Virus record (IMG/VR): IMGVR_UViG_3300016656_000014
Location: 1 to 39,102 of that record
Strand: one strand, 5' to 3'
Length of the DNA stretch: 39,102 nucleotides
From: a virus
Taxonomy: Duplodnaviria > Caudoviricetes
Both the position numbers and the translations under genes were made by a program. How positions within the stretch are numbered: position 1 is the first letter of the stretch; every line of letters starts with the position of its first letter. This document shows positions 1 through 11,400 of the stretch, piece after piece. The notes under the pieces were generated by a model. It saw nothing but the letters and a program-made list of their open reading frames with translations, ran no database searches and had not been told where the DNA came from.

Positions 1-171
1 AAGACCTTGGTCGGGTCTGCGCTTGCGTTGCGAAGCCAAGACGGTTCTTGGAACCGTTCTTGGTTGAAGAATGACCAGCACTTCTTGTGCTCCGACCGCT
101 GGTGTCCGTGGTGGTCGGTCTGCAAGGGAGTGTTCATTCAGGACACGGACAATCAGTTAGGAGAGCAATAA
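1..171 (+). CDS. C-terminal part of RecB/PD-(D/E)XK (Cas4-like) exonuclease; continues the ORF starting at 38495
   Basis: Frame 1 is open from base 1 to TAA at 169-171 and reads ...NDQHFLCSDRWCPWWSVCKGVF..., the three-Cys C-terminal motif of RecB/AddB/Cas4-type nucleases. The stop overlaps the next ATG (TAATG). Confidence 0.75.
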   Translation, partial: KTLVGSALALRSQDGSWNRSWLKNDQHFLCSDRWCPWWSVCKGVFIQDTDNQLGEQ

Positions 172-593
172 TGGATAGCAAAGAAATCCAAATCATCTCG
201 CAGGTGTGCGCAAAGATTGCCGCAGACTTGACGGTGAAATCCGAAGACACTACTGAAACGGCTAACCGTTTCGGTGTGTTGCTCAATCTCGTTCAAGAGA
301 TGGTGTTTGACTCAATCGAGTCACGCACAGGTAGCAACATGGCGACCATTGTCAAGGCTGCGTTTCCGAGCGCAACCGAGGTGGTAGCAGATTCTCAGGG
401 GTTCACGGTCAGCGTTCAGGGTGAGCAGCACGGCGAACTTCCGTCGTGGCTGATTGCCGCATGCAAGCGTGATGGTGTTACCCGCGTGTTTGACAACCGC
501 AACCAGTTGTCTGCCAACCCGAAGCGTCCTTGGTTCAAGGCTGTCGGCGTTGACAAGGCGTACTGGGAGCCGAAGGGTCGTTCACGCTCATGA
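171..593 (+). CDS. Hypothetical protein between nuclease and helicase (possible ssDNA-binding or annealing role)
   Basis: AGGAG precedes ATG171, overlapping junctions on both sides. Function is inferred from position only. Confidence 0.6.
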   Translation: MDSKEIQIISQVCAKIAADLTVKSEDTTETANRFGVLLNLVQEMVFDSIESRTGSNMATIVKAAFPSATEVVADSQGFTVSVQGEQHGELPSWLIAACKRDGVTRVFDNRNQLSANPKRPWFKAVGVDKAYWEPKGRSRS

Positions 594-1639
594 GGTTGAG
601 CGCCGCTGAACTTGCGGCGCGTTGGGAAGCCGCTGGACAGGAGACACCCTCCAACACTCCTGTTCCAGCGGTGGAACAATCCGCATACCGCATGTACGAA
701 CCGTTGGCTGAAGCAGCCGATTCGTTCGTACGGTGGGCGCAAGCAACACACGAGCGAGTACACCTTGGTGTACCGCTGATTGACGAAGAGATGCGCGGTA
801 TCGCACCGGGTGAAATGGCGATGATGATTGGTTTTGCGCACGGCGGTAAGACGCTGGCGTTGCTTCACATGCTGCTTCGCAACCACGATAAGCACATCGC
901 ACTATTCATTCCCGATGAGCCGAGACAACTCGTGCTCACCAAACTCACCTGTATCCAGCACGGTATCCCTGCTAGGGAACTTGAATCCCGTGTGGCTTCA
1001 GATGACCAAGAAGCAATCCGTCTGATGCGTTCAACCGCAGAAGAAGCGTTTCCGCATCTCGCTGTTTTCGACCAACCCTTGTCGGCTTCCGACATGGAAC
1101 GGGCGTACCACGAGTTGTGTGACGTGTGGGGTCAAGCCCCCGAACTTGTGGTTGTGGACTACTTGGAACTTGTGCAGGCAGGCGAAACTGTGCCCGATAA
1201 GGCGACGTTTCTCAAGTCATTTGGCAGACGACACGATGTGCCGCTGCTCGTTCTGCATCAAACCTCGCGGTCTGCTGGCGCAGATGGACACAAACTTACG
1301 ATGTCGTCTGGTGCTTACGGTGGTGAACAGCAGGCGACGAGCATCATCGGTGTGCGACGAAAGAAGTTTCAGATTGCCGCCGAGATGAACGAAATCGTGG
1401 AGAAACTTGACCGCTCACATTCTGAGCGTGCACAAGAACGGTTGGATGAACTTCGTTACCTGATGACGATTCACGAGTACACGCTCACCTTGTCGCTTCT
1501 GAAAAACAAGCGACCCGGCGGTCGGCTTGTTGACGACATTGACTACGAGATTGACACCCACACGGGCAGACTGCGTGAACTGTCACCGCAGGAACTTCCA
1601 GCCCAGCACCTAGAGCGGGTCCGTCATGGCACTTTCTGA
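590..1639 (+). CDS. DnaB-like (SF4) replicative helicase
   Basis: Walker A GFAHGGKT, Walker B LVVVDYLEL, LVLHQ motif and LKNKR arginine-finger region. Confidence 0.85.
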   Translation: MRLSAAELAARWEAAGQETPSNTPVPAVEQSAYRMYEPLAEAADSFVRWAQATHERVHLGVPLIDEEMRGIAPGEMAMMIGFAHGGKTLALLHMLLRNHDKHIALFIPDEPRQLVLTKLTCIQHGIPARELESRVASDDQEAIRLMRSTAEEAFPHLAVFDQPLSASDMERAYHELCDVWGQAPELVVVDYLELVQAGETVPDKATFLKSFGRRHDVPLLVLHQTSRSAGADGHKLTMSSGAYGGEQQATSIIGVRRKKFQIAAEMNEIVEKLDRSHSERAQERLDELRYLMTIHEYTLTLSLLKNKRPGGRLVDDIDYEIDTHTGRLRELSPQELPAQHLERVRHGTF

Positions 1640-2489
1640 GTTCATCAGCCTGTTCTCTGGGCGCACCGACGCATACGGCTCTTGGGAAGGCGGTTGCGTA
1701 AAGAACCCTGTCACCCAAGACCTGTTCATGTCGCACCTGTTGGGCGACATTGGCATCGGCATCTACCCCGTCAGCGACGGGTTGACGAGATGGGGTTGCT
1801 CAGACATTGATGTGCCCGACCTAGACGGTGTGCGCAATCTTCAGACTGCGTTGGCGGTCAAGAAAATCACTTCGTGGGTTGAACGCTCACGCCGCGGATA
1901 CCACCTGTGGCTGTTCGCTGCCCAGCCGTGCGAGGCGCACCTGATGCGCCGATGCCTGCTCGCTGTGCATCAAGTGTGCGACTATCCAGCCAAGGAAGTG
2001 AACCCGAAGCAGGAAGAAGTCAGCGGATACGGCAACTATGTTCGCCTACCGTACTTCGGTGGCTACGAAAAAATCCCGACCGAACGAGTCGTTCTTGACA
2101 ACGCCGAACGCCCAATGACTCTGCACGACTTCGTTGCTTCTGCACGCAACAGCCTCGCCCAGATTGACGCAATTGCCTCTGTGGCCGCCTTGTGGACACC
2201 ACCACCACGCCCCAAAGTGTTGACCAGCACCAGCAAACCGATGTCGCTTGGCGAACTCAAATACTTCGTATCGCCGTACGTCTACACCATCATCAACGAC
2301 GGACCGCTCGAAGGTTCTGACCGTTCCACCACGCTCGTGCGCCTAGCGCACAAGATGCGTGAAGATGGGCTACAGCCCCAAGAAGCACTCACCCTGCTGA
2401 TTGAAGCAGACAAACGGTGGGGCAAGTTCCACGCCAGAGAGGACGGGATAATGCATCTGGAATCCATCATCATGAAGGTGTTCGCATGA
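1626..2489 (+). CDS. Archaeo-eukaryotic primase / primase-polymerase
   Basis: DID (motif I), SRRGYHLW (motif II), GNYVRLPY (motif III), helical C-terminal domain; adjacent to the helicase. Confidence 0.8.
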   Translation: MALSEFISLFSGRTDAYGSWEGGCVKNPVTQDLFMSHLLGDIGIGIYPVSDGLTRWGCSDIDVPDLDGVRNLQTALAVKKITSWVERSRRGYHLWLFAAQPCEAHLMRRCLLAVHQVCDYPAKEVNPKQEEVSGYGNYVRLPYFGGYEKIPTERVVLDNAERPMTLHDFVASARNSLAQIDAIASVAALWTPPPRPKVLTSTSKPMSLGELKYFVSPYVYTIINDGPLEGSDRSTTLVRLAHKMREDGLQPQEALTLLIEADKRWGKFHAREDGIMHLESIIMKVFA

Positions 2490-2830
2490 AGTGGAAACAA
2501 CTCATCAAGGTTCGCCCACTAGCCAAAGAGCGACCACGAGCAACCCGTACCGGTCACGTCTACACACCGAAGCGCACAGCGAACTACGAAAAGCAGGTCG
2601 CTGCAGCGTACAAGGGACCGTTCTTTGATGAGTCGTATCTGCTTGAAGTTTCAGTCGTGTGCAACCTTGAAGGCTCAACAATCGTCATCACGGGAACCAA
2701 GAAAAAGAACTACAAGCATCAGTTGCGTGGCGATGTAGATAACTACGCCAAGTCCATTCTTGATGCGCTCAATGGTGTAGCGTGGGAGGATGACAGCCAA
2801 ATCGTTGAAGTGACCGTGAGGAAATCGTGA
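2486..2830 (+). CDS. rusA: RusA-family Holliday junction resolvase
   Basis: KERPR...YTPK N-terminus and DVDNYAKSILDALNGVAWEDDSQI catalytic motif; ATGA overlap with the primase gene. Confidence 0.9.
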   Translation: MKWKQLIKVRPLAKERPRATRTGHVYTPKRTANYEKQVAAAYKGPFFDESYLLEVSVVCNLEGSTIVITGTKKKNYKHQLRGDVDNYAKSILDALNGVAWEDDSQIVEVTVRKS

Positions 2831-2997
2831 CCAAAATCAGATGCAACCACTGCCAAACAATCGTTGTGCACGACAAACGAAACGTCGCAGGCTGCAACTG
2901 CGACCCAGACGCACCACAATGGGTGTACATCCAGCCAGATGGTCGCGTGCGAGGCTTCTCGCAGGCGTCATGGGAGACACTCAATGAAGAACAGTAA
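2827..2997 (+). CDS. Small Zn-finger protein, 56 aa (not in the ORF track)
   Basis: GTG2827 overlaps the rusA stop; MTKIRCNHCQTIV...GCNCDPDAPQWVYI carries CxxC...CxC. Confidence 0.7.
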   Translation: MTKIRCNHCQTIVVHDKRNVAGCNCDPDAPQWVYIQPDGRVRGFSQASWETLNEEQ

Positions 2998-3415
2998 ATG
3001 GGATATCGAATCCAACACATTCAACTTTGACAAAGACCTGAAGTACGGTCAGTTGGGCGAGAAACGAATCCGCAAAATGTTGGAGAGTCTCGTTGAAGGT
3101 TCATTCGAGGTGAAGTCTGACCGCTACCGCAACGGCAACATGGCTGTTGAGATGCGCCAGAACCCACGCCGATGCGGCAAATGGATTCGCTCAGGGCTAC
3201 AGGTCACCAAAGCAAAATGGTGGGTGTACATCTTCTCAATGGATGGCGGTTTCGTCATCGTGTCCGTAGACAGGCTGAAGCGTTTCATTGACATCAACCG
3301 AGACACACTTGACACCCGTGACTTCGCACGAAACTCAGACAACCCTGCGTGGGGCTACCTGCTGAAACCAGCAGATGTTGCGTCGCTTCTGTACGACGAA
3401 AAATACGATGGCTAA
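2984..3415 (+). CDS. Putative PD-(D/E)XK-like endonuclease
   Basis: FDKDLKYGQLGE...FEVKSD...GNMAVE...SGLQVTKAKWWVY pattern typical of small restriction-fold phage proteins. Confidence 0.55.
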   Translation: MKNSKWDIESNTFNFDKDLKYGQLGEKRIRKMLESLVEGSFEVKSDRYRNGNMAVEMRQNPRRCGKWIRSGLQVTKAKWWVYIFSMDGGFVIVSVDRLKRFIDINRDTLDTRDFARNSDNPAWGYLLKPADVASLLYDEKYDG

Positions 3416-4292
3416 AAAACACATTCTGTTTCGCACCGATGTGTTCGACAGAATGGAATCCACCCACGAACCGTCATCAGCGTTGGAAGTGCTGATGCAG
3501 ATGAAACCCGGCGAAGAACCGCCACACTCCGAAGACATCAGCGAACTACGTGAAGCCGTAGTTGAAGCAGTCATGGCGTTGCCAGAAAGGCAACGCAAAG
3601 TCATTGAACTGCTGTTACACGAATCCAAGTCGTTGCGTGCCGCAGGAAGTATTCTCGGCTACTCCGACGTACACATTATGCGCATACGTGACACCGCCTT
3701 CAGGAACCTGCGAAGTAAACTGGAAATGAATCCACTCATCAGAAAGAAGTACAACATGGCTAAAACTTGGGGACAATCAGCAGCACAATGGTGCGGTCAT
3801 CTTGCGTCAATGTCTGGCGCAACCGACACACTTGACTTCGGTGCGTTGCGTGACAGGATTGATGCGCTCATCGGCATCACCTTCCACAACGACTCCGAAC
3901 CGAACGCCAATGCGTTCGTCGTAGTCGCATCACCAGTCATCTCTTATCTCAGAAGTCTTGACGAATGGGATACCGGCAGAATGGCGCACCTACTGTCCAG
4001 TAAACAGCACGACTACGGGCACAAGAACATTGACAGGTTCGGAATCAAAGGCATCATCGTGCGACTCAACGACAAGTATGAGCGTCTCGCCAACCTAGAG
4101 TTCTCCAGAATGTTCCTAAAAGAAGGCAAGGCAACCAACCCACGCATCAACGAGTCGTTCATTGATACACTCGTTGACATCGTAGGATATTGCGTCATCG
4201 GGCTGATGGTGCTTGATGAAACATTCAAACTAGAACTAGGAGAAGAAGATGGCTTTCCGGCAGGTGACACTGGGATTCGACAGGGCGATTGA
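3408..4292 (+). CDS. Sigma-70 region-4-like HTH fused to a DUF1599 / nucleotide-modification-associated domain 1
   Basis: N-terminal LPERQRKVIELL...SLRAAGSILGYSDVHIMRIRDTAFRNLR; C-terminal KQHDYG...GIIVRLNDKYERL...ESFIDTLVDIVGY. Confidence 0.7.
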   Translation: MAKKHILFRTDVFDRMESTHEPSSALEVLMQMKPGEEPPHSEDISELREAVVEAVMALPERQRKVIELLLHESKSLRAAGSILGYSDVHIMRIRDTAFRNLRSKLEMNPLIRKKYNMAKTWGQSAAQWCGHLASMSGATDTLDFGALRDRIDALIGITFHNDSEPNANAFVVVASPVISYLRSLDEWDTGRMAHLLSSKQHDYGHKNIDRFGIKGIIVRLNDKYERLANLEFSRMFLKEGKATNPRINESFIDTLVDIVGYCVIGLMVLDETFKLELGEEDGFPAGDTGIRQGD

Positions 4293-4434
4293 TGTGGCGA
4301 AGATTGTCAAAATTCTTGCTGCGCATTTTGATGACGTGGAGATGGGTCAAGGTGTCACAGTCAATGGTTTACCAGAGAACACCATCTACATTCACAACAA
4401 AGGAGGGAAGACTCGTGTCAGCAGAAAACGGTGA
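4249..4434 (+). CDS. Hypothetical protein
   Basis: AGGAG upstream of ATG4249; fills the operon gap. Confidence 0.6.
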   Translation: MAFRQVTLGFDRAIDVAKIVKILAAHFDDVEMGQGVTVNGLPENTIYIHNKGGKTRVSRKR

Positions 4435-4678
4435 CTGGATTTACCAGTTCATGTCCAAAACTGAAGCGGACAACATGGAACGCAAAATGGAAAACATTGA
4501 GCGCAACACCAACACCATCGTCACGATGATGATTAGCGCAACCCGTGAAGATGTTATCGACCTGTGCAAAACATGGGATAGGGCAGTGGGCGGCGACCCG
4601 TACGCTTGGCTGCGTATCTCATCGTTCGTTGAACATCTCGTAGACAACATGAAAGAACATTTGGAGGAACAACAATGA
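4415..4678 (+). CDS. Hypothetical protein
   Basis: AGGAGGG upstream of in-frame GTG4415; ATGA overlap with the next gene. Confidence 0.6.
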   Translation: MSAENGDWIYQFMSKTEADNMERKMENIERNTNTIVTMMISATREDVIDLCKTWDRAVGGDPYAWLRISSFVEHLVDNMKEHLEEQQ

Positions 4679-5088
4679 AACTGCCAGCACGACTTGTCGC
4701 CGTACATTGGACCGACGCATTCGATTCGGACAACGGTTGGATTGATGTCAAAGAATACAAACCGAAACCCTGCTGTGTGGTTTCGGTTGGTTTTCTGTGG
4801 GAAGACTGCCTAGATGGACACATCTCGCTGACCGCATCTTGGTTCCCCGAAGACGAGGACGAACACAGGGCATCAACCGTTGGCATGGTCACGCACATCC
4901 CGAAAGGGATGGTCAATCAGATTGTTGACGTTTTCCTGCCGTCTTTCGCACCGGGACTGGCATCCCAGCCAGCAACCCAGAGTCAGCCAAATCAGACCAC
5001 GCCTCTCTCACCAGCGTTAGATTATCCGCCATACGCGGCGTCAACTCCACGTGCAGCCAGTCCCCTGAGGGGGCGCCGCCCAAGGTAG
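4675..5088 (+). CDS. Hypothetical phage protein (VHWTDA...GW...SVGFL type)
   Basis: GGAGG RBS; the 3' end overlaps the endolysin gene antisense. Confidence 0.65.
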   Translation: MKLPARLVAVHWTDAFDSDNGWIDVKEYKPKPCCVVSVGFLWEDCLDGHISLTASWFPEDEDEHRASTVGMVTHIPKGMVNQIVDVFLPSFAPGLASQPATQSQPNQTTPLSPALDYPPYAASTPRAASPLRGRRPR

Positions 5089-5458
5089 CAGTCTTATACG
5101 ACTGCCATTCGCCACGGTCACACAACCAGCCACGCCCCCACGGGGCGGGGTGGTAATCCAAAACGCACTCCACACCAAGCAGGTCTGCATTGTTCACCAG
5201 CAGGTCTGCGAACCAGCGTGACACCTCCAAACCGTTCCGCTTACCTTTCTTGCCCATCTTGCGCCACGACAAGTCCACGGCACGCCCAGTGGCGTGCACG
5301 CTCAACGACTGTTTGCCGCGCATCGGGCGACTCGCATACGTGCCGTTGTTCCACAACGCATTGTCCGTCACCTGCTCAACGGTCTTGACGAACTCCAGCA
5401 ACCCCGGTCGAGCCTTCCCGTGGTCACCATCACGATTCCCTGTGTACGTACGCATCAT
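4913..5458 (-). CDS. Endolysin, peptidase M15-like Zn metallopeptidase
   Basis: SVHATGRAVD (SxHxxGxAxD) and WLHVE zinc-ligand motifs; last gene of the late operon. Confidence 0.75.
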   Translation of the reverse strand: MMRTYTGNRDGDHGKARPGLLEFVKTVEQVTDNALWNNGTYASRPMRGKQSLSVHATGRAVDLSWRKMGKKGKRNGLEVSRWFADLLVNNADLLGVECVLDYHPAPWGRGWLCDRGEWQSYKTATLGGAPSGDWLHVELTPRMADNLTLVREAWSDLADSGLLAGMPVPVRKTAGKRQQSD

Positions 5459-8400
5459 TCCTCCGCTGGTTTAGGTTGTGAAGCCACTAGTTTCTGCAAC
5501 TCCGCCAACAGTCGCTTCTGTTCAGATGTACGCATCTGTGGCGTCACCTCACGCACAGGCGCACCCAAGAAACCCAACAGCGGGTTCGTAGAACCACGCT
5601 GCTGGTAATACTGTTGCGATGGAATAAACCGCTCAGCCTGATTCAACAACGGCACAGCGTTCGTCAACGCATACAAAAGCCTCTCATCAACATACGGCTG
5701 ACCCTGACTAGAACCACCCATACCAATCGGCGCACCAAGCAGAGACGCCAGATTACCAACCGGCCCCTCGACATTCACTGGCGTTTGAGCAAACTCCCTG
5801 TTGCGGAAGAACGACTTGTTGGCAATCAACTCCGCTGGGATGCGCAACGCTGGGTTTATGTTCGCAGCAAACCTTGTTGGCTCAGTCAACATGCGCACAT
5901 CAGCCTGCAACCTGTTGAAACCAAGGTCGGGTGTAGCCGCCAAGTTCCCACCCGGCAACGCAAACCCGCCAGCCTCACGCAAATACAACGGCATGCCTTG
6001 GGTCTGCTCTTCGTCTTCAAGGTTGCGACGCACACTCTGATACCACTGATACGGGCGAGGATTCATGTAGATGTTCTGAATCGTCAACGGCAAGTTACGG
6101 CTAGTCCACATCCAGAACGGGATAATGCTCCGAGCATAAGCGTCAAGCGTAGAAATATCCTCGTAATCAAACAAGAACTTGCGTGTCCGCGCGGTAGCCC
6201 CGTTGATATCCAAACCTTGACGGATACCGTCGTAGGCGAGCATGAAACGTGAATGCTGCTCGACCCAAGCACCAGCACGCCTGTTGGCACGAGTAATCGG
6301 ATTGTTCGTCAACACCCCAGCGGTATCAAACGCAATCTCCTCAGATTGACCGACACCAGAACCAAGCATCGCCTCGTACGCCTGACTGACCGTTGAACGA
6401 CGACCAGCAGGCAGACTGCTCAAATAGTCGTCAATTGATGTACCCGACTTCAACGCTTTGTACAACTGGTTGTATTCACGCATACCATCAGCCAAGAACT
6501 GTGGTCGCCCACCAGCAGCCACAAGCATGAAAGCGTTCGTCAGACTGTTGCGCACATGATAGCCCGGTGTTGACAGCGCCCATGCTTTGAAGAACCTTGT
6601 GTACGGACCAAACCAGATACGCATCTGCTTTACGAACACTGGGTCGCGCAGACGACCCATGTTCGTCAAAATCTCAGCAACCTCTGGCTTCATCTGCAAA
6701 CCCTCAAACGACCCCAAAGCACCAGAACCAGTCAACTTCTGCCAACCATCATCCATTACCTGACTAAAAATAACGTGGTCACCAGCAGCAAACATCTGAC
6801 CAGACCTAGACATCACCTCCATCGCACGAACATCACCCAACTCGCCAGTCGCACGCAACAAATTCGCCTTACCCTCCAAATAGCCGGTCAACACGTTCGC
6901 AAGACGCCGTGTATCTGGTCCATCAGGCATCGAGTTGAGACGATTCATCAAATCCGAAACCTCAGCAGTGAACTCATCAAACTCGACAAGCCAACCATCA
7001 TTCTTACCCTTGCCCACCTTCGCTCTCGCGCGAAGCGAACGCATGTCCTCAAGCGAAGCATTGAGCAAATCAAGACGCTTGCGTGCATCATTCAAATTCA
7101 AATCCATGTAGAAGCCGACATCCACAGCGGAACGTTCCTGAACAAGTTGAGCCTCAATCGTCTTACGCTGCTTCTCAAGCGCAGCAATATCCCTCAACGC
7201 CTCATTGATTCTGACCTTCAAACCCTTTTCCTTGCCAACACCGTTCAGCTGCATACGCAACAGGCGCATCTCTTCACCAAGCAGAGCCGACTCCTGCCGC
7301 GTAGTCCCCTCACCAGCAAGCACCTTATTGATGGTGGCAATCCGCTCAAGAATCGTTTGCTGCTGCTCCTGCAACTTCTTCACCCCCGCTGTGTCCGCAG
7401 CGATAGTGGCACGCAACGCCTTCAAGTTTTCCCCGACAACACCAGTACGAGCCGAATACCACTCCGAAACATCCTCGGTTTGGCGCACAGCACGCAAAGC
7501 ATCAGACTTGGCTTCATCCGACACAGACCCCTCAAACGCCTTCAACGGTTGAGCAGACAGCCTTGCTTCCTCCTCCAACGCAATACGCTCTGCAGCAGCA
7601 GCCACAGTTTCACCCTCGGCTGGCTTTTGCTTACGCAGAGCCTTGCCGAGATTCTTTTCAGTCAAACCAAGCGCACGCTCAGCCCTAGCAACCTCTTCAC
7701 GGGTCGCAAGCAAAGAATCATACAACTCAACTTCTTTACCACCAGCCTTGATGCTGATAAGTTCACGCTGGTTTGCCGCCAGCCTATTCGTTGCATTGCG
7801 GTGACGAGACAACAACTGACCTTCGGGCGAATCCCTGAATATCTCATTCAGCACACGGCGACGACGCTTCACTTCTTCGGTCGGCAACACGTTCTTCTTC
7901 GGTTGACCTTTGCGTGGGTTCATGGAACCGTATTCTAAAACCTCCACATATGTGCGCAACCCGTCAAGAACATCATCATCAGTAGGCGGTTTGGTCGGAC
8001 CAGCAGCACGAACAGTACGACCCAAAGCATCCACAGTGACCGGCGGAACCTCCACATCAACACCCAAACGGCGCAGCAACTCTGGGTTCGACTTCAAATA
8101 GTCGATTACACGAACAACATTCTCCACCGTCACCATTTGGGTGACGGGGCTTGAATTGGAAATGCGGCGACCCAAATCATCCATCTCCGCAGCCAACTCT
8201 TCCATCTGCTCAGACAAACTTGCCGCAGCAGCCTGCTTGCTTCTGCGCACCCTCTCAGACGACGCAGAACGCATCTCATCCATGCGCTTAGCGTGAGACG
8301 CAGCCAACTCGTCATACTGCTCACGCTTCTTTGCCAACTGTGCACGCAACTTGCGACCTTGCTCACTGAACGGTGTAGATGGTTTCTCGAACAGCGAACC

Positions 8401-11400
8401 AAACCCGTCAATGATGCCGCGACCCTGACGCTCATCAAACAGGTTCTGCGGGTCCAAAGGATTGGAACCGCGAGGTGCTTTGACACCAACAATCGTGTCC
8501 ATCCGATACAAACGGTTCCCCTGCGGGGAGCCGTACACAGCGTAAGCAGTTGACGGGTCAAAGAAACTGTCACCCTCTTTGCCGACACTAATTTTTCCAC
8601 GCTTACGGAAAACGGTCAATCTTCCGTTCAACACATCATTGTATTTCTGTGTCATCTGTGCGCCGGTATCAACGTCGCCAATTGAAATCATGTTGGCTGC
8701 ACCAGCACGCTTGTATGTGTAGATTGGTTCTGGCACAACAACTTCCGAGGGAACAAAACCTTCTGGGGCAACCTCGTCAAACATCATCGTGGTGCCAGTC
8801 GTCTTATCGACGTAGTGAATCATCTTTCTGCCCTGAACATCTTTGACTTCAGTCATGTACCTGAAGTTTCCGTTGTTCCTCTTGATGATTGCATCACGAA
8901 CAAAGTTTTGTGGAATCTGAACACCATCAATTGAGAACACATACTTGTCAGCCTTGGCATTCAACACGGCGTCAACAATGTTGTCAAGCGACGCCTCCTC
9001 CATATCAAACACAAACACCGAGTTCGGGTCAATGTTGTCGCGCACACCGCTACCCGTTTTGGCGAACCTGCGCAACGAACCAAGAACCTCTTCGTTGAAC
9101 GTAGCCTGCGGAAACTCCAAAGCCTCATCAGTCAAATTCAAACCAGCCAAAGTCAACAGAACCTTATGTCGGAACTGCCGTTCAACCGCAGCCGTGTACT
9201 CTGCTGTTTTCTCTATCTCAAGCAACGTCTGCTTCGTGCGACGCTGGTCATTGACTATTTTCGCAACTTCTGCTGGAATCGGTCCATCGTCGGCGCCAAG
9301 ACGTTTGGCTCCCAAAAACCTTGCTTTCTTTGGTTGGACCAGTCTTCGGGTTGCAGAATCCCGAACAACCTCATCATCGGACACAATGTCAATTGCCGCA
9401 TCAACAATTCTTGCAAGTTTCGGATTGGATGCAATCTGTTCTGCTGTCTCAATGGCAGACTTGCGCGCCTGTGAGGCGCGAGCAACCTTGCCCTCAACCT
9501 TGCCCAAAGAAGCCTTAGCCCTCTCGACAGCCTCAACCGCAGCAGTCTGCTCAGCCAAACGCCCACGCAAATACTCCACCCACCCAAACGTTCCGCTCAA
9601 CACCTCGTTGCGATTCAAACCAGTCTCAATACCAAAAGCGCTTGCCGCGCCCGGGTCGCGTGCAAGCGTACGCAAAGCCTCAGCGCGCAAAGCCGTACGC
9701 ATACGAGTCTTACCCAACACCGAATCAGGAATAGAAATGTACTTGAACGTCTGCTCAGGGCTCGCCGTACCACGAGTAACCAACTGTGTAGCCTCACGCT
9801 CCATCGCATCAAGAGACTTGCGAAGATTCTTGATGCGCCCCTCTGCAGCACGCAACGATGCAGCAGTCTGGTCCGTGTACGCACCGCGAGCAGTCTTGTC
9901 CGCCAAATCGGCCTTCAACATCTTTACGTTGACTTTTTCACGCTCAATGTCGTCAAGAATTTTTGCCACACGGTTGAAATCAACGAGCGCATTCTCTTCG
10001 TTGCCGAGTGTGCGCCAATAGTTCAACTCGATATCCTGCAACGCCTGTGCACGAACCTCACCCTTTACGCCCTCATCCGCAAGTTTTTGAATTTCAGCCC
10101 TTTTATCGGCTTTGGCGCGATTGATTATTCCTTCGGTAATTTTTTTGTAATTCAGTTCATCAATATCGCGACCAGAAGTGGGTCGCTTGAAACCACCACT
10201 ATTGGAAACACGAACCTCACCATCACCAAACACCATCGTAAAGAAATCAAGAATACGCTGATTGCTCAACGTAGAACCATCCTCTCTAGTCTGCGTGGCA
10301 AACCAGAAAGCACGACTCATACCAAACGTCTCATCAGCAGAACGCAACACACCGCGAGCACGCCGCTTAGCGGCACGCTCGCCAACACCAGTAGCCTTAG
10401 CGCGCTCACGGGCAGCAATCTGCGTTTGTTTCGCTGCACGTTCGGCTGAATCAACCGCAGCACGCAACTCAATCGCCTCTTCCGGCGTAATCTCACCCTT
10501 ATTGACCAAAGACCCGATTTCCCGTTTCAGAGCATCTGGAGTTGCGCTTTCCATGCGCAAAATACGGTTCCTTGCCTCTCTTGCACGCGCATTGATTTCA
10601 GCCTGCTGAGCCTGAGATGCGGCACCAATTCTCTTGCCCTCATCGTCATACATCGCTGGAGCACCAGTGGCGTCACCACCGTAACGCTTTACACGAGAAG
10701 GAACACGAGCATACCTGTCCATCTGTTCTATTTCAAACTGGCTTCTCCAATCCACATCCTTATACACCAACGCCCACACTCGGTCGCGCACGTTCACATA
10801 CTCTTGAGTAGTGCGGCGAGCAACCTCAATCTTTGTTCCAACCGACAACTGCTTCTCGATGTAACTCAAATCGCCAATGACCGCATACACAGCCTCGCGC
10901 TCATTGTCGGGCAAATCCTGAATCGCTTTCAGCAACACGGTTGCCCTGTCGGCAACCGAACGCTCACCAAACACCGTGCTTCGCACACGCTCCATCACCT
11001 GCTCCGCAACAGCAATGGTTCGCTGATAGTCGTTGACATGCTTCAACTGTTGACGTGCGGCACCAGAACGGGCAAACGCAAACAGCGCCTCACTTGGCGC
11101 TGAATTGTTCGGCGTCAAGTTTCCAATTGCATCCATCGCCAATCTAGTTGCGTGCAGAATGTGGTAGTTCGCCAACTTTGTGCCAGCATCTCGGCTTGAC
11201 TCAAGCAGTTCAGCCGATACGTCGGTTGCACGTTTGTCGCGCTTCAATGCATCTAGTGCGTTTTGTTCCAGTCTGCGCCTGTCATTTGTCAATTGACGCA
11301 ACTGTCTTTCGTCGGTAAACTCCCTGCGAATAAACTCGTCAATCTGTTTCCAAAGATTATCAATGCCGTATTTTGCTGGAAGTTCACCATTGTCAATGTT

